64,000 nt of DNA from the human T2T-CHM13v2.0 reference genome, Homo sapiens, in the NCBI RefSeq assembly GCF_009914755.1, contig NC_060939.1. One strand, given 5' to 3'. The notes beneath the pieces were generated by a model, which did no database searches, was not told the origin of the DNA, and saw nothing but the letters and a program-made list of their open reading frames with translations. A program made the position numbers and the translations under genes. This document shows, piece by piece, positions 32,791-48,300 of the stretch (its first letter is position 1; the number at the start of each line of letters is the position of its first letter).

Positions 32791-33310
32791 GTTAGGCGCT
32801 TTGGAATCACCACTTTGCAAAGCAGCTATGCAATTATATGCAGAGCCTAACATCAGTGCCATGCTCTGTTAAAAAAAATAATAATAAAACAAAGTAAAAA
32901 TAGGCAAAGAACGTAACAGTGGGAAAAGACCTTAACACCTTCAATTTATGGATTCCGGGGTCTGAAACCCACCCAGCACAGAATCAAGAATTTGTTCTGA
33001 CTTTACTGTAGAGTTCTTCTATTGAAGGGGGTGGGGCAGTGGACAACAGAGTAATGCAGTGGGCACAGGGGTAGAAAACACTAGAAATTCCTTCCAATCC
33101 ATCCCTAATGAAACTGTGTTTAAGTCAACAGAGAATGGAGACCCCCAACCCAATAAGGAAAAGCCACCAGGATCCACTCTTCTCCAGTCATCCAAGAAGG
33201 GCTACTGTCCAAGTCCAACTAACTTCAATGTTACCCTATGTTTGGCCAAAACTAACTTTAAAATAAAATAAAATAAAAATTTATGAAGCTACATCTCAAA
33301 TTCTGTTTAA

Positions 33311-33703
<393 letters not shown>

Positions 33704-34469
33704 TGATCAAATTCACAATTTTTTTATATAAAATAAATACATAATGAAATAGATATAATAAAAACACACATAAATACATGTAAAAATAAAATAAAATGAT
33801 AAATAATTATTGCCAGTAATGCACTCTTATATAGTTCTACCTAAAAGCATGGAAAAATTAGAGGCAGCTATATAGGTCAGAAATAACCCAAATCAGCATG
33901 AATTTTAAGTGTGGTGAAATTTTCCATACCCTCACATCTGATTTTTCTTCTCTCCTTCCCTTAAGTTAAATCAATTTTGAAATTACATTAAGAAAAATAA
34001 ATTCTGAAATGTTATTCACTCAAGTGATTACCTAGAGTTATGGAGCACAAGCAAACTCACCACCTGACTCACATTTAGCTTTCAATATTTTATTCCCCCT
34101 TGAGTGAAAATAATAAAAATTCACTGTGCAATATGCTCAAGATGCAAATCTCATTAAGTCTAGATCAGACTGTCTTATTTTATAAATTATACTGTCCTCA
34201 AAATTTACTCTCCTCCCAAGAATCATTTCTCAACAGACTGTATTGCTGTATTGACAGGTGAATTACCAAATGCTGGGAGACTCAAGTAAGGTTTTCTACT
34301 GGTTAAGCTTCCAAGGTAACCTCTCAAGTTCTAGCCAGCCGCTGGCAGACTCATTTGTTTTGGTCTGGATTTATTCTAGGACCATATAAACAACATACAC
34401 AAATACCCTACAAATAAAGGACAAGTAATGTGAAAGTTGAGAAAGTACTAATAATCGTATAAGAAGTAG

Positions 34470-34927
<458 letters not shown>

Positions 34928-34941
34928 TAAAATATCAGTTA

Positions 34942-35199
<258 letters not shown>

Positions 35200-35671
35200 C
35201 TAGTAAATACACACAGGATATCCATGTTTAAAATATACACAGAGTATTTTAGCTCTGTGCTGTCTATAAACTTTTACTTTTACTATAAAATAAAACTCAA
35301 GCATGTTTTAATGAGAGTAGAGAAGGGGTCTCCGCTCATCATGGCTCAAGCTCCTTAAAACAACCCTAGCTGGGACCCTCCAGGCCCATAGTTGTTGGAA
35401 ACAATGTTCCCTGAGAAAATACATTTGGTAGATACCTGAGGGGAGTGAAAGAGGATTTTGCGCAGCATGATGGATGTGGCTATCAGGCACGGAATCTGCT
35501 GATGCCGTGATGGCCCCAGTGCTGTTTGCATTGCTCTATGACCAAAGTGTGGGGTAACCCAATTGTTAGGTCACAGAAAAATGACAACTGTTCCTTGAAA
35601 GACTGATGAAACCTGCCAATGGTCACTTACTAAAAACAAAGTTTTCAAAGCTGTAACTGCACAGTTGGTAT

Positions 35672-36165
35672 TGTAGGCAAAATCATAGCCCTCCAAAATG
35701 ACCGTGTCCTAATCCCCAAAACCTGTGAATCAGTTATATTACATGGCAAGGGAAAATTAAGATTGTATGTGGAATTAATATGGCTAATTAGATTGCCTTA
35801 AAATAAGGTGAGTAGCCTGGATTATCCAGGTGGGCCCAATGTAACCACAGGGTCCATAAATGAGAAAAACTAAGGCAGAAAAGTCAGAACCAGAGAGACT
35901 CAATCAGCCATTCATTGCTGGCTTTGAAGATGGAAATGGGCCACAAGCTAAGGAACACAGGTGGCCTCTAGAAGTTGGAAATAGCAAGAAAATGGATTCT
36001 CCCCTAAAGCCTCCGGAAAGCAATGCAGCCTTGTTGACACCCTGATTTTAGCCTAGTGAGATCCATGTCAGACTTCTGACCTCCAGAACTGTGAGATAAA
36101 TTTGTATTGTTTTAAACCACTGAATTTGTGGTCATCTGTTACAGCAGCAATAGGAAACTAATACA
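35672..36165 (+). mobile_element. MLT1 (MaLR) solo LTR, MLT1D-like
   Basis: TG...CA ends; 'ggattatccaggtgggcccaatgtaaccacaggg', 'gacttctgacctccagaactgtgagataaa', 'acagcagcaataggaaactaataca'. Confidence 0.85.
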
Positions 36166-36645
36166 CTTGGTGATTCTGCTGCTTACATAAAAAAGATTAC
36201 AAAGTTATAACCTTTTACTACATAAAGGCAACTTAACTTTTTAATCTAATAACTATTGGTTTTCAAAAAGTTAAAAATAATCTACATTACATACAAAAAT
36301 TAAAATTTCAAGAGAATTATTCTTCATTCTATTCCAGAGATTGCCTATTTATTCCAATACTGCTTTCATGGCTAAGAGATCCATCCACTGAATGACACAG
36401 ATCATTTGTGCCAGGCAGGGTTCTAAGCACTAAGGACATAATGACCAAACAGAAAAGGTCTAAGCTCTTACTACTTTCTAGTGGGAAGAGACAATAAATA
36501 ACAAGTAAACAAATGAGATCATTTCAGATAGTTATAGAGTAATAGAATATGGCATGATGAAGGTGAGTTGGAGGATGGAGCTATGGGCTACCTTACATAT
36601 AAAGTGAATAGCAAGTCCTCTGAAAAGGTAATTGTTTTTAGCTAA

Positions 36646-37065
<420 letters not shown>

Positions 37066-37434
37066 ATCACTTTCATTTTTAACCCTGCCCCCTGCCAAAA
37101 AATGAATCAACCACCACCAGGCTTAGCTACCAATGACTTATGACTATTTCCAAAAATCAAATGGCTATCTCATTAATCAAAGAATGTGAATGTGTCACCA
37201 CTTTAAACTCAAGTTTAAAAAACAGTTCTCCAAATGGAGAAGCAGCAGGAAAAATAAAAATAAAAGCTTCTCGGGATACCAATTCTGAAGCAAACTATTG
37301 CAGTCAGGAAATTTAAGTTCTAATGCTTTGTCAATAACTTCAAAGTTCTTCTAAATTTAGTCCTACCCTACAAAAAGTTTTGTTAAATAACTAAACTTTT
37401 AATTTTTTTACCATACATAAGTTAAAATAGGTAC

Positions 37435-37574
37435 CTGTTCTTCATTGACTTTTAATGCTTGTATCTGAGTCTCCAGTGCTTTTATTTGAGCTTCAAGCTG
37501 TATCTCTCTTTCTTTTCCATTCTGAAAGAGTTTCTGTGATTCTCGAAGGCTGAGAGTCAAACCATCCTTTTCAT
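37435..37574 (-). CDS. CEP152: CEP152 exon 8 (140 nt)
   Basis: cgtag|ATGAAA...GAACAG|gtacct; [17 protein letters not shown]...LKVNEEQ. Confidence 0.96.
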
Positions 37575-37735
37575 CTACGGTATTAAAAATGTTTATATAA
37601 ATAATGTTCCTGTAGAGGGACCCCAATGTCACAATCCCAATCAGATGTCACGTCTGTATCATATATAAATGTTGTTGAATTAAATTTAATTCAGAAAAAT
37701 GAACTTTAGTTGATTTAGAGAAAACTAAATAAAGA

Positions 37736-38014
37736 ATTTACTTACTTACTTATTTATTTATTTTGAGACAGCGTCTCACTCCGTCGCCCAGGCTGGAGTA
37801 CAGTGGTATAATCTTGGCTCACTACAACCTCAGCCTCCCCAGTAGCTGGGATTACAGGCACCTGCCACCACTCCCAGATAATTTTTATATTTTTAGTAGA
37901 GATGGGGTTTCACTATATTGGCCAGGCTAGTCTCGAACTCCTAACCTCAAGTGATCCACCCACCTTGGCCTCCCAAAGTGCTGGGATTACAGGCGTGAGC
38001 CACCTCACCCAGCC
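37736..38014 (-). mobile_element. Alu with internal deletion and (TTA(C/T))n tail
   Basis: Alu sequence lacking the 'ggttcaagcgattctcctg' segment. Confidence 0.9.
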
Positions 38015-38201
38015 CCAAATAAATAAATTATTAAAAATTAAAAATTAAAAAAAAAAACAAACCTGATACCAAAAAAATTTTTTTAGAGAAGCAGAACTAC
38101 TTCCTTTAAAACTATTATTGCATCCCTTTTGGGGACAAATCCCTGCTAATCAAAGAAGTTATCTGAGGACTAATTATCCTACACATACTTGCAATGAACT
38201 C

Positions 38202-38487
38202 TTTTTTTTGAAACGGAGTTTCGCTCTGTCGCCAAGCTGGAGGGCAGAGGTGCAATCTCGGCTCACTGCAAGCTCCGCCTCCCAGGTTCACGCCATTCTC
38301 CTGCCTCAGCCTCCTGAGTAGCTGGGACTACTGGCGCCACCACACACCCAGCTAATTTTTTGTATTTTTAGTAGAGATGGGGTTTCACCATGTTAGCCAG
38401 GATGATCTCGATCTCCTGACCGCGTGACCCGCCCTCCTTGACCTCCCAAAGTGCCGGGATTACAGGAGTGAGCCACCGTGCCCGACC
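38202..38487 (-). mobile_element. AluY-like, TSD AATGAACTCTT
   Basis: 'ctgcaagctccgcctcccaggttcacgccattc'. Confidence 0.9.
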
Positions 38488-39017
38488 CACTTGGAATGAA
38501 CTCTTAAATTCACCTAATGTTAAATTCTTCCCACATACTTTGCTATAACAGCTCACAAGTTCTTCTCTCAAAATAAATGTTATGAGCATTACAGAAAGAG
38601 ACATTTTTACCATCAATTAAATTTGAAATGAGCTAGAGTTCAATCACAAAAGTATTCTGCAAATGAAAGTTCAATGTGGACCAAAACTAGAGAAAGCACA
38701 AGGAGTAAGCAATTATAATTTGAATCTGTATTTACTCTGTGTGTTTATCCCAGACATGGCACTTCACAATCACTAACTCTTATTTGGATTAAAACGTTTA
38801 TGCTAATTTGTAGCCTCAGGAAACGCTGCAGTGCAAACTAAACACAAATCACTCTGAAAGCTGGAATACTTCATCCAGAGTAATGACATAAGGAATCAGA
38901 CATAAGGAATCAACAACTTTTTAGGACAGAATGCCATCAGTACAGTTAAATAATGTTCAATGATTCTAAAAGCCTAAGTGAGAAAAGGGAAAATATAGGG
39001 ACTCCAAAATAGAGTGT

Positions 39018-39319
39018 CTTTTTTTTTTTTTTGAGACAGAGTCTCACTCTGTCACCCAGCCTGAAGTGCAATGGCGCTTTCTCGGCTCACTGCAACCTCC
39101 GCCTGCAGGTTCAGGTGATTCTCCTTCTCCTGCTTCAGCCTCCCAAGTAGATGGGATTACAGGTGCCTGCCACTATGCCCCGCTAATTTTTGTATTTTTA
39201 GTAGAGACAGGGTTTCACCATGTTGGCCAGGCTGGTTTTGAACTCCTGATCTCAAGTGATCCGCCCACCTCAGCCTCCCAAAGTGCTGGGATTACAGGCG
39301 TAAGCCACCATGCCTGGTC
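39018..39319 (-). mobile_element. AluS
   Basis: Full Alu; degenerate TSD ctccaaaa(t/c)ag(a/c)gtgt. Confidence 0.93.
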
Positions 39320-39483
39320 TCCAAAACAGCGTGTTCCAAAGAGAAGTAATCCAAGGCCAACACTCAGAAATCCTGGGTTTTGTTTTGCTATGCCTCACTC
39401 ACTATGAGCCCTCTGACCAAGTGTTTTTACTCTCTAAGCTTCGTATGTAATCTGAGGTTATTGGAAACAAGATATCTAACTCA

Positions 39484-39666
<183 letters not shown>

Positions 39667-39724
39667 TTAAAGACAATTTATTAGATAAAAACATACCAAA
39701 ATATAAATTTATAGTCATTTAAAG

Positions 39725-39975
39725 CAGTGTTTTTCAAACTGTGACTACAACCTTTTAGAGCATCATGAAATCAATTCAGTGAATTGTGACTAGGATTAAA
39801 AAAGAGAGAGAGAATATATCAGAGTGCATCATGTAGTAAGAAACAGTCTTATTTTGTGAAACTTGTTTCATTTATATATACCTGTTCATATAGATACATG
39901 TTGTACACCATATCACAATGTAAAAAAATATAGTTCTTACAGTGGGTCACTGATAGGAAAGTTTGAAAGTCACTG
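39725..39975. mobile_element. Non-autonomous hAT (Charlie-type) element
   Basis: TIRs cagtgtttttcaaact ... agtttgaaagtcactg. Confidence 0.7.
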
Positions 39976-40242
39976 GTTTAAGTTATAACCCTGAATCACT
40001 AACTACCATTTTAGCCAGTTAAAAATCAGTATATAACAACTGCAATGAAATAAAGTAATATGCTGTCAGAAAATTAAAAACAAAACAAGTACATCAGCTT
40101 CTATAAAATCATTTTTAAAGAAAATTTCTAGACAGCCTCAAAATATTTTATTTTAGGCAGGAGTGGGGAAAATATTATATTTATATTGATGCTGGCACAT
40201 AACTGAATTAATTAGCTAGTGAATAGATTAATCAAGAATTTT

Positions 40243-40401
40243 GGGGAGGGAGCAGGGGAGAAGGGTTGAAAAACTATCCATTGGGTACTATGTTCACTAT
40301 TTGGGTGATGGGTTCACTAGAAGTCAAACCCCAGCATTATTTAATATACCCATATAACAAACCTCCAAATCTACTCCACGAATACATAATTTAAAAAAAA
40401 A
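40243..40401 (+). mobile_element. L1PB-type 3' end
   Basis: 'aaactatccattgggtactatgttcactatttgggtgatgggttcactagaag'+A tail. Confidence 0.8.
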
Positions 40402-42199
40402 TTTTTGAAGTCTTCTTTTAGAAACAATTAGTCATTTGGGGACCACTTTAAAAAGAGAAAAAAAATGGAAAAAAGGATTGGTAGGTATGCTTCAACTACA
40501 TAATGATAAATATTCTACTTACTACTAGAACAATGTTTCTGTTAGCTTACAATCAGAAATAAATGCATTTACTGAGTTTTAACCACTTGCTAACTAAATA
40601 ATTCTGTCCTCTTTTTAGAAAGAGATCTGGTTAAATAAAGAAAATTAAAGACTGAAAAGTTTATACAAGTCAAACTCCTCATAGGTCTTATAGTAGAGCT
40701 AGCCCCATCTCCAAATTTTTTAAATTACTGTTGCTAAGAAACTATAATCACTAATTTGGCACTACCATTAAGTTATTTAATTAACTTCCAAATGTCAAAT
40801 TTAGACAAATGTGTAACTGACTCAACTTGAAGAAGTGCAGAGTGTTAAGAAAGGTAAGGAAAGGTTTTTATATGCAGAAAGACCAGGAGATACAAATACA
40901 ACTTTTCAAGGGAACTGAAAGAGTAAACACTAAGGAGATGTCAGGCCACTGCTGTGAGGTTCATTTACTCAACCTAAAACCAGTTATGTCATATACACTG
41001 TCCACTTCCTCATTCCACAAAAAACTTAAGAACAAAGAGAGGCCATCCTCATATTTGCTGTTGACTCCTTCAGGGGAAAATGAATTCTGGGCCTCCCCCT
41101 GTAACTACCCTGCCGTCCCAGTGTACGATGGAAGCAACAATATGAAGTCACAACCCAAAAGTCCAGTTTTCTCTTTGGTATAGCCCAGGTAAGCCAGAAT
41201 ATCCAGTATGACCTTTCCCCTACTAATTAAAGGGAAACAAAAAGTAAAACAAAAACACTTGCTGCCACACTCTAGAATTACACTGGCTCTTCAATATGCA
41301 CAATAATTAGAAGCTATTTAGTGTGCCAGACAGTATGACAAGAGTAATTCAGTACAGTCACTATACGGGTTTATATTTTGGGATTTTTGTTTTTTGATAC
41401 TAGCATTTCATCTCAGAATTCTCTAGTACCTATAAGCACTTTTTTCATTCTCATATTTATATACATACTATACAAAAAAAACTGGCAAATGCCACATGAC
41501 TGAACCTGATATCTAAGTAATTCTGAATATAAACTAATTTATATCAGAGTTGACTAAAAACTGTAAAATCAAAAGAAAAAAGTTGATGATAGTGCTGATG
41601 TATTAAATTACACTTCTATATAGTCAAAAATCTGAGATTGAAAACTATGTTTCATTTTCCAAATTAGGCTTCAGTCAAAAAAATATATAAAGTTCATAAA
41701 AAGTCTTTTAAAATTTTTTTAAATTTCAAATAAGTCCAGGTATCCTGTATGATAGGCGAGGATACTTAACACTATACAAATAAGGAGAAAAGGCTTAACA
41801 AACTAGAATGACTGAAATATAAAGTTGGAAAAATGTCTTTTAACTTTTCATTACGAAAAATTTCAAATATATAAGAAAGTAAAGAGAATAATATGATGAA
41901 TCTCCACGAACCCATCTCCCAGATTCAACAATTATGAACTCATGGCCAATTTGGCCACATCTATATTCCCACCCAACATTACCCCTCAACAGCCTATTAT
42001 TTTAAAGTAAATCCTAGACTTCATGTCAGTTTATTCATAAATACTCTAGTATATATCTCTAAAAATAAGGGCTCTTTGAAATATCAAGCACAATTCTATT
42101 GTCATACTTAAAAAATAATAATTCTTGAATGTGCTCAAATATTCATTGTGTATTCAAATTTCCCCAATTATGTGGTATTAAAAAATAAATATAAACTTA

Positions 42200-42409
<210 letters not shown>

Positions 42410-42478
42410 TTATCTGAATTAGACACCTAAATTAATGTTACGTTACAGAACTTACTTTTGGTACAGTTCAAAGTTGTT

Positions 42479-42479
<1 letters not shown>

Positions 42480-42533
<54 letters not shown>
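42480..42533. repeat. (TA)n(CA)n(TA)n microsatellite
   Basis: Direct reading. Confidence 0.95.
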
Positions 42534-43494
42534 CTGCTCAAAAGTAGCACGTATTGTTATTTAACACTATTAATTGAAAGTCTGCAATACATAATTTATA
42601 GACACCTAAATTCTACTTTTGAGCACACAATGAAGGCAATTTTATAAATAAAACCCAAGAATTCCAATAAGACTATATAGAAATATTTTATTACAAATGA
42701 TTTAGATTATGCCAACATCTTGGGAATATAAAAATGCACATATCCAATAACATGAACATGGACCACGGTGCCTCATATCTAATAAATAGTAACTCTTATG
42801 GGATGAATAATAACATTCTACGGAGATAGAATTAAGAGAAAATAACCACTTAACAGCCTAAAAAATCCATCCTGTCATTGCGTGACACAGACTAGCTGTT
42901 GAGGTATTTGCTGTCATTGAGAAATTCTAAGAAGCAACTAACTATATCCTGAGGTCTTACTTCATTAAACTCCCCCCCAGGAAAAACAAGGTTTTTTGGT
43001 TTTTCCTTCACATTCATCCTGTCTACTGTTATATCACCATACAATAGAGATATCAGCTTTGACATGTTTAACCTAAAATTTGTTATGGGTGGTGAGCAAG
43101 AAAACTGAGGAAATTAAATGTTGCCACCTACACAGAATTACTGCTTTAAAAACTACAATAAGAGACCTGAACACAGCTTCTCATTGAAGCACAGTGCAGT
43201 GGTAGAAGCAGCAGTAAATGAGGATAGTTATTCTTTGGCAGACTTAACTTTTAATGTTTAATCAACTATGTCCAAAGAGCCTCTATTTTAAACTTCTGAC
43301 TTAAGATCATGATTGTATTAGACTGTAAACAGAAAATACCATGACTAATTCACCATGAACCTGAATAAGTGCCCTCTCAGAACTTCGTGTGGTTAAATCA
43401 TCTTACCATTGTACTCACATACATTTCCTGAACACACACAAACATCACGCAAATGCGTGTGCACACACACAAGTTCTTGAAAGTCAAGTTTTTA

Positions 43495-43779
<285 letters not shown>

Positions 43780-43785
43780 CTATTA

Positions 43786-43965
<180 letters not shown>

Positions 43966-44146
43966 TCATTTATTTGTACATAGATAACACAAAGAACCCC
44001 AAGATTTTAACCTTTTTCCTTCCAATCTTCACCCAAAATTTTAAGAATCAATTTACAATTTTATAATCATGTAATTATTAATCTTCATCAAAAGAAAAAG
44101 ACTTATAGAATTGCAATATACAAGTGAAAGTGACTTCAGGTGCTTA

Positions 44147-44374
<228 letters not shown>

Positions 44375-47300
44375 TTAACTTCTTAAGTTCCACACAAATT
44401 ATATTCATCATTTCACTTGGGGAAAAGGGAATGCATAATTTTAGGATTTATATCAGAAGGCTTTTTTTTTTTTAACGAAGATCTCAGATTTAAATACACA
44501 TAGAGCAGAATTCAAAAACTTTTTTATGGAAACACAGCAAGTCACAATAATGGTACAATCAATGCATTATGTTATCACAGGGCAGGCAGACTAAGTCTCA
44601 GAATCCTGTTTTATCAGTAATCAGACCTTGGGGAATTGACAATTAGGCATCCCACAGGGAATGTGAGTAGCCAGATGCACTCTGGCCAGGTGATGAGAAC
44701 AGCAGCAGCAGCAGGTGGCCTAGAAGCTCTTAAATGCTCTGATAATGTAGAAACCCGTGGGAGTCACTAATTAGTAGAGAGCCATCTAATTCCAAAGATG
44801 AAAAGATACATAATACCCTGCTCTCATACAACATCTGAGTAAAAGAAGAGTTGGAAGACTGTTTTCTATAGATAGCACATGCAAAAGCATGACACTACAT
44901 CTGACATTAAATGTTTGATTTCTCTCTCCTATTATTTTCTAGAAAAAAATCAGTTTTAGCATTCTGCTTATTATATAAACTAGATAGACAAAATTAATTC
45001 ATTCAAATTTCAAATGTGATAAAAAGATGAGTAAATAAGCTAGTCTGTTAGACATAATTCAATAACATTTAGGATTTCAATAACTGTCTGCTATTGTCTT
45101 TCTTCAAAACCCAATATAATATTACCCTAAAAATCCCAATATAATGTATTTCTTAAATTATGTAACAATTAGAAGATCAAATATTATGTTACTAAATACT
45201 TTTTAGGGAAACTGTTTCTAATTACTTCTCTTTAAGAAACTAAGCACCAGTTTAATTGACAGCTTGATTAAATCCCTCCAAAGGACATAAATCAAACCCC
45301 ATAACATTGTGCAAGTGGATTTTAAAGACTTTAAATACTTTGTAAAACCTTTCAGGAAAAAAAAAATGAGATGCTCCCTGGTCTATAGCATTTTTTTTCC
45401 ACTTTACCTGTCATTAGTACAAAAGAAATGGAATGTGTCCATAAAACATATCTGAGTATTATATTAAGAATTACCAAAAAAAAAAGTTTCTTAAACAAAA
45501 TATGTATAGTAAAAGTTAAATAAATATATTTTATGGAAGGTCTGAAAGGAATGCCCCAAATTCTTAACTGAGCTTTGGTGAAATAAAATTTGGGAATGGG
45601 AACAGAGTATGTTGGAGGTGGGTGGGAATACTTCCTCACTCTATATTTATTTCTCATATTCACTGGATGGGTTTTTTTTTAAGGGTTTCTCAATCCATTT
45701 GTCATCTAAAGATGCAACAAGAGAAAGATATTTTCTTCAATGAAAAGTTATCTTCATCTTTAAATCTTTTAACGCTAACATTAACACACAAGACCCTCAT
45801 TAAATGCTCATCTCCACATGCAAGGTACTTGAAAAATCATTTTGAGAATTAGCCATATCAGAGTTGACTGAGAGATATAAAAAACAAGAAATACAAAAGA
45901 CACAACATGAAAAACAAAACAGAACACATCAACATATTTGTACAAGACATGCCTCAAATGAAAGGTAGCAAAGCAATTCTACAAAGACACAAATGCACTA
46001 GAGAAAAAAGTTGCATCTATGAGGTCTTTTAAAAGTAGCACCACTTGTTGTCTAGAATTATGCATCACTGCTTTAAGGAAAAAGACTACCCCCACATGTT
46101 ACACAAGGAAAAATAAAACAAATCTTTTATACTTACATTAAGTAAAGACTCCTGAACAGAAAGAATATTTTCTTGTAAACCTTCAGTAAGGTTCAAGTAC
46201 ATAGCCTTAAAATTCAGGGGCGCCTTGACAGGGACATCTGAAGAGTACATTGTTTTCCCCGCACAAAAACAAAAAACTACATAATAATTCAGCAGTTATT
46301 GTAGCTTTGTGACACCACAAAATTGGCATCCACAGAGAAAAATTAATTTGAGTATAAGCAATCAGCTAATCAAAATGCTTCTGGATACATACATAAACAT
46401 CAACTAGCAAAATCATCCCTATAGTATTCAGAGTCTTGCAAGATATTTTACATATATGCTAACATTTTAAAATTGATCTTCAAAAAATTTATCCATCAAG
46501 TTCTTTGGCATAGCTGGGTCATATTCCCTGGCTTCTGTAAGTTTCAGGGCAGAGAAAAGCTAAATGAAGTCCTCCTAAATAAGGCCATTCAGGAACAAAA
46601 TTCCACCTCCAGTGTTTCCATTTCCCAGGATCAAAGTGTGCCCTCCTCATATACATTGTCAAATTGCCCTTTGGTCACTAACCTTGTGCAATAAAACACA
46701 AAATTGCCGTATCTAGATATGCATGTTACCAAATACAGAAATTTAGAAACTATAAATTTTCCTCATTAAAGATCTATCAAACTTCCAAATACAGATTCAA
46801 GAACAGAAATAACAATCCTTATAAGTGATAAGATTTAATACCACTCATTAATTTAAAATTCATCAGACTGCTTTTTGGCAGCAAGCAGCAATCTCAACAG
46901 GATATTACTGTGTATTAACCGAGTTTAAAAATTTAACAGATACCTTCCCTGTAAGAAAGATAATTTGCCACTCTAAGGCTTCAGTTGAAATAAATTCAGA
47001 ATCATTCTATAAACTCCCCTCCTTTTCTACTTCATGTTTCTTTCTTAAAAAGAAAAAAAAAGAGAGCATTTTACTCAAAGAACTTTGTTAACAAAACACT
47101 TTGCAATAACCCATGTAGAACATACAAAAGCCTACATTCAGGGGCAAATGTAAAACAGAGAACATGTAAACCTTTTGTTAGGATTTTCAACTTAAATTAA
47201 CTAAACAGATTATCTTCAGAGCCTATAATCCTCAATATTCATGAAGGCAAGAGGCCTCAAGTTACAAACCATACAATAATCTTCTCCCAAGAGAAAGGGT

Positions 47301-48007
47301 AGCAAATGGAATACCTAACGGTCATATTCCCTTTGAACAGGTGACCTCTTAGTACGCTTCTAAAAAGATTCTGATATTTTCAAATATGAATTATTAAATA
47401 ATGCTTTCATGGATACACGCTAAATGTAAACAAATACTAGCTTTACAACTCCCTCTAGTGGAAACAAAATATCAAAATGCTTCCGCAATTACATCAAACA
47501 AGGCAGTTAAAAAGTGGAAGAAAGGCTATGCAATGGAAACCTTGCCTCTAAAATACATGATGCTGAGCTCAATGGAGCTTTATTATTCTATTAGAGAAGT
47601 ACCACTATAAAAACCAAGTCAGTATTGCCAAGTGCAAGTTTCTATCTGCCACCTGCTACCTAAACCATCTACCTTTCTACTCAAGATCATTTTCAAATAT
47701 GTCATCACTAAATGACCCGTCAACACTAAATGATCCATCATCAGCAAATATTATCTTGATATCATAGATTACCAAGTATTTCTGCCCCAAATCACCAGCT
47801 CCAGAATATATACACACATAAACAGATAATTTTACTATCTGGAACCAACAACAATCACAGAGCTACTTCTGGTGACACTGCAGAAAGTACATGTCTACTC
47901 CAGCTGACTGTGAGAGTCCAAAATGGCAATCTTCTTTAAGCTGTGGCTTTACCAACAACTGAGAGGCTTATAACAAGCATGCCTATTACAAAAAGACCTT
48001 TATCTGG

Positions 48008-48300
48008 GGCTGGGTGCAGTGGCTCACACCTGTAATCACAGCACTTTGGGAGGCCGAGGCAGTTGGATCACCTGAAGTCAGGAGTTCAAGACCAGCCTGG
48101 CCAACATGGCAAAACCCTGTCTCTACTAAAAATACAAAAAAAATTAGCCAGGCATGGTGGTGCATGCCTCTAATCCCAGCTACTTGGGAGGCTGAGGCAG
48201 GAGAATCGCTTGAACCCGGGAGGCAGCGTCAGCCAAGATCCCGTGATTGCACTCCAGCATGGGCAACAGAGCGAGACTCCATCTCAAAAAAAAAAAAAAA
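48008..48300 (+). mobile_element. AluSx-like
   Basis: Full Alu with small right-arm deletion and poly-A. Confidence 0.93.
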
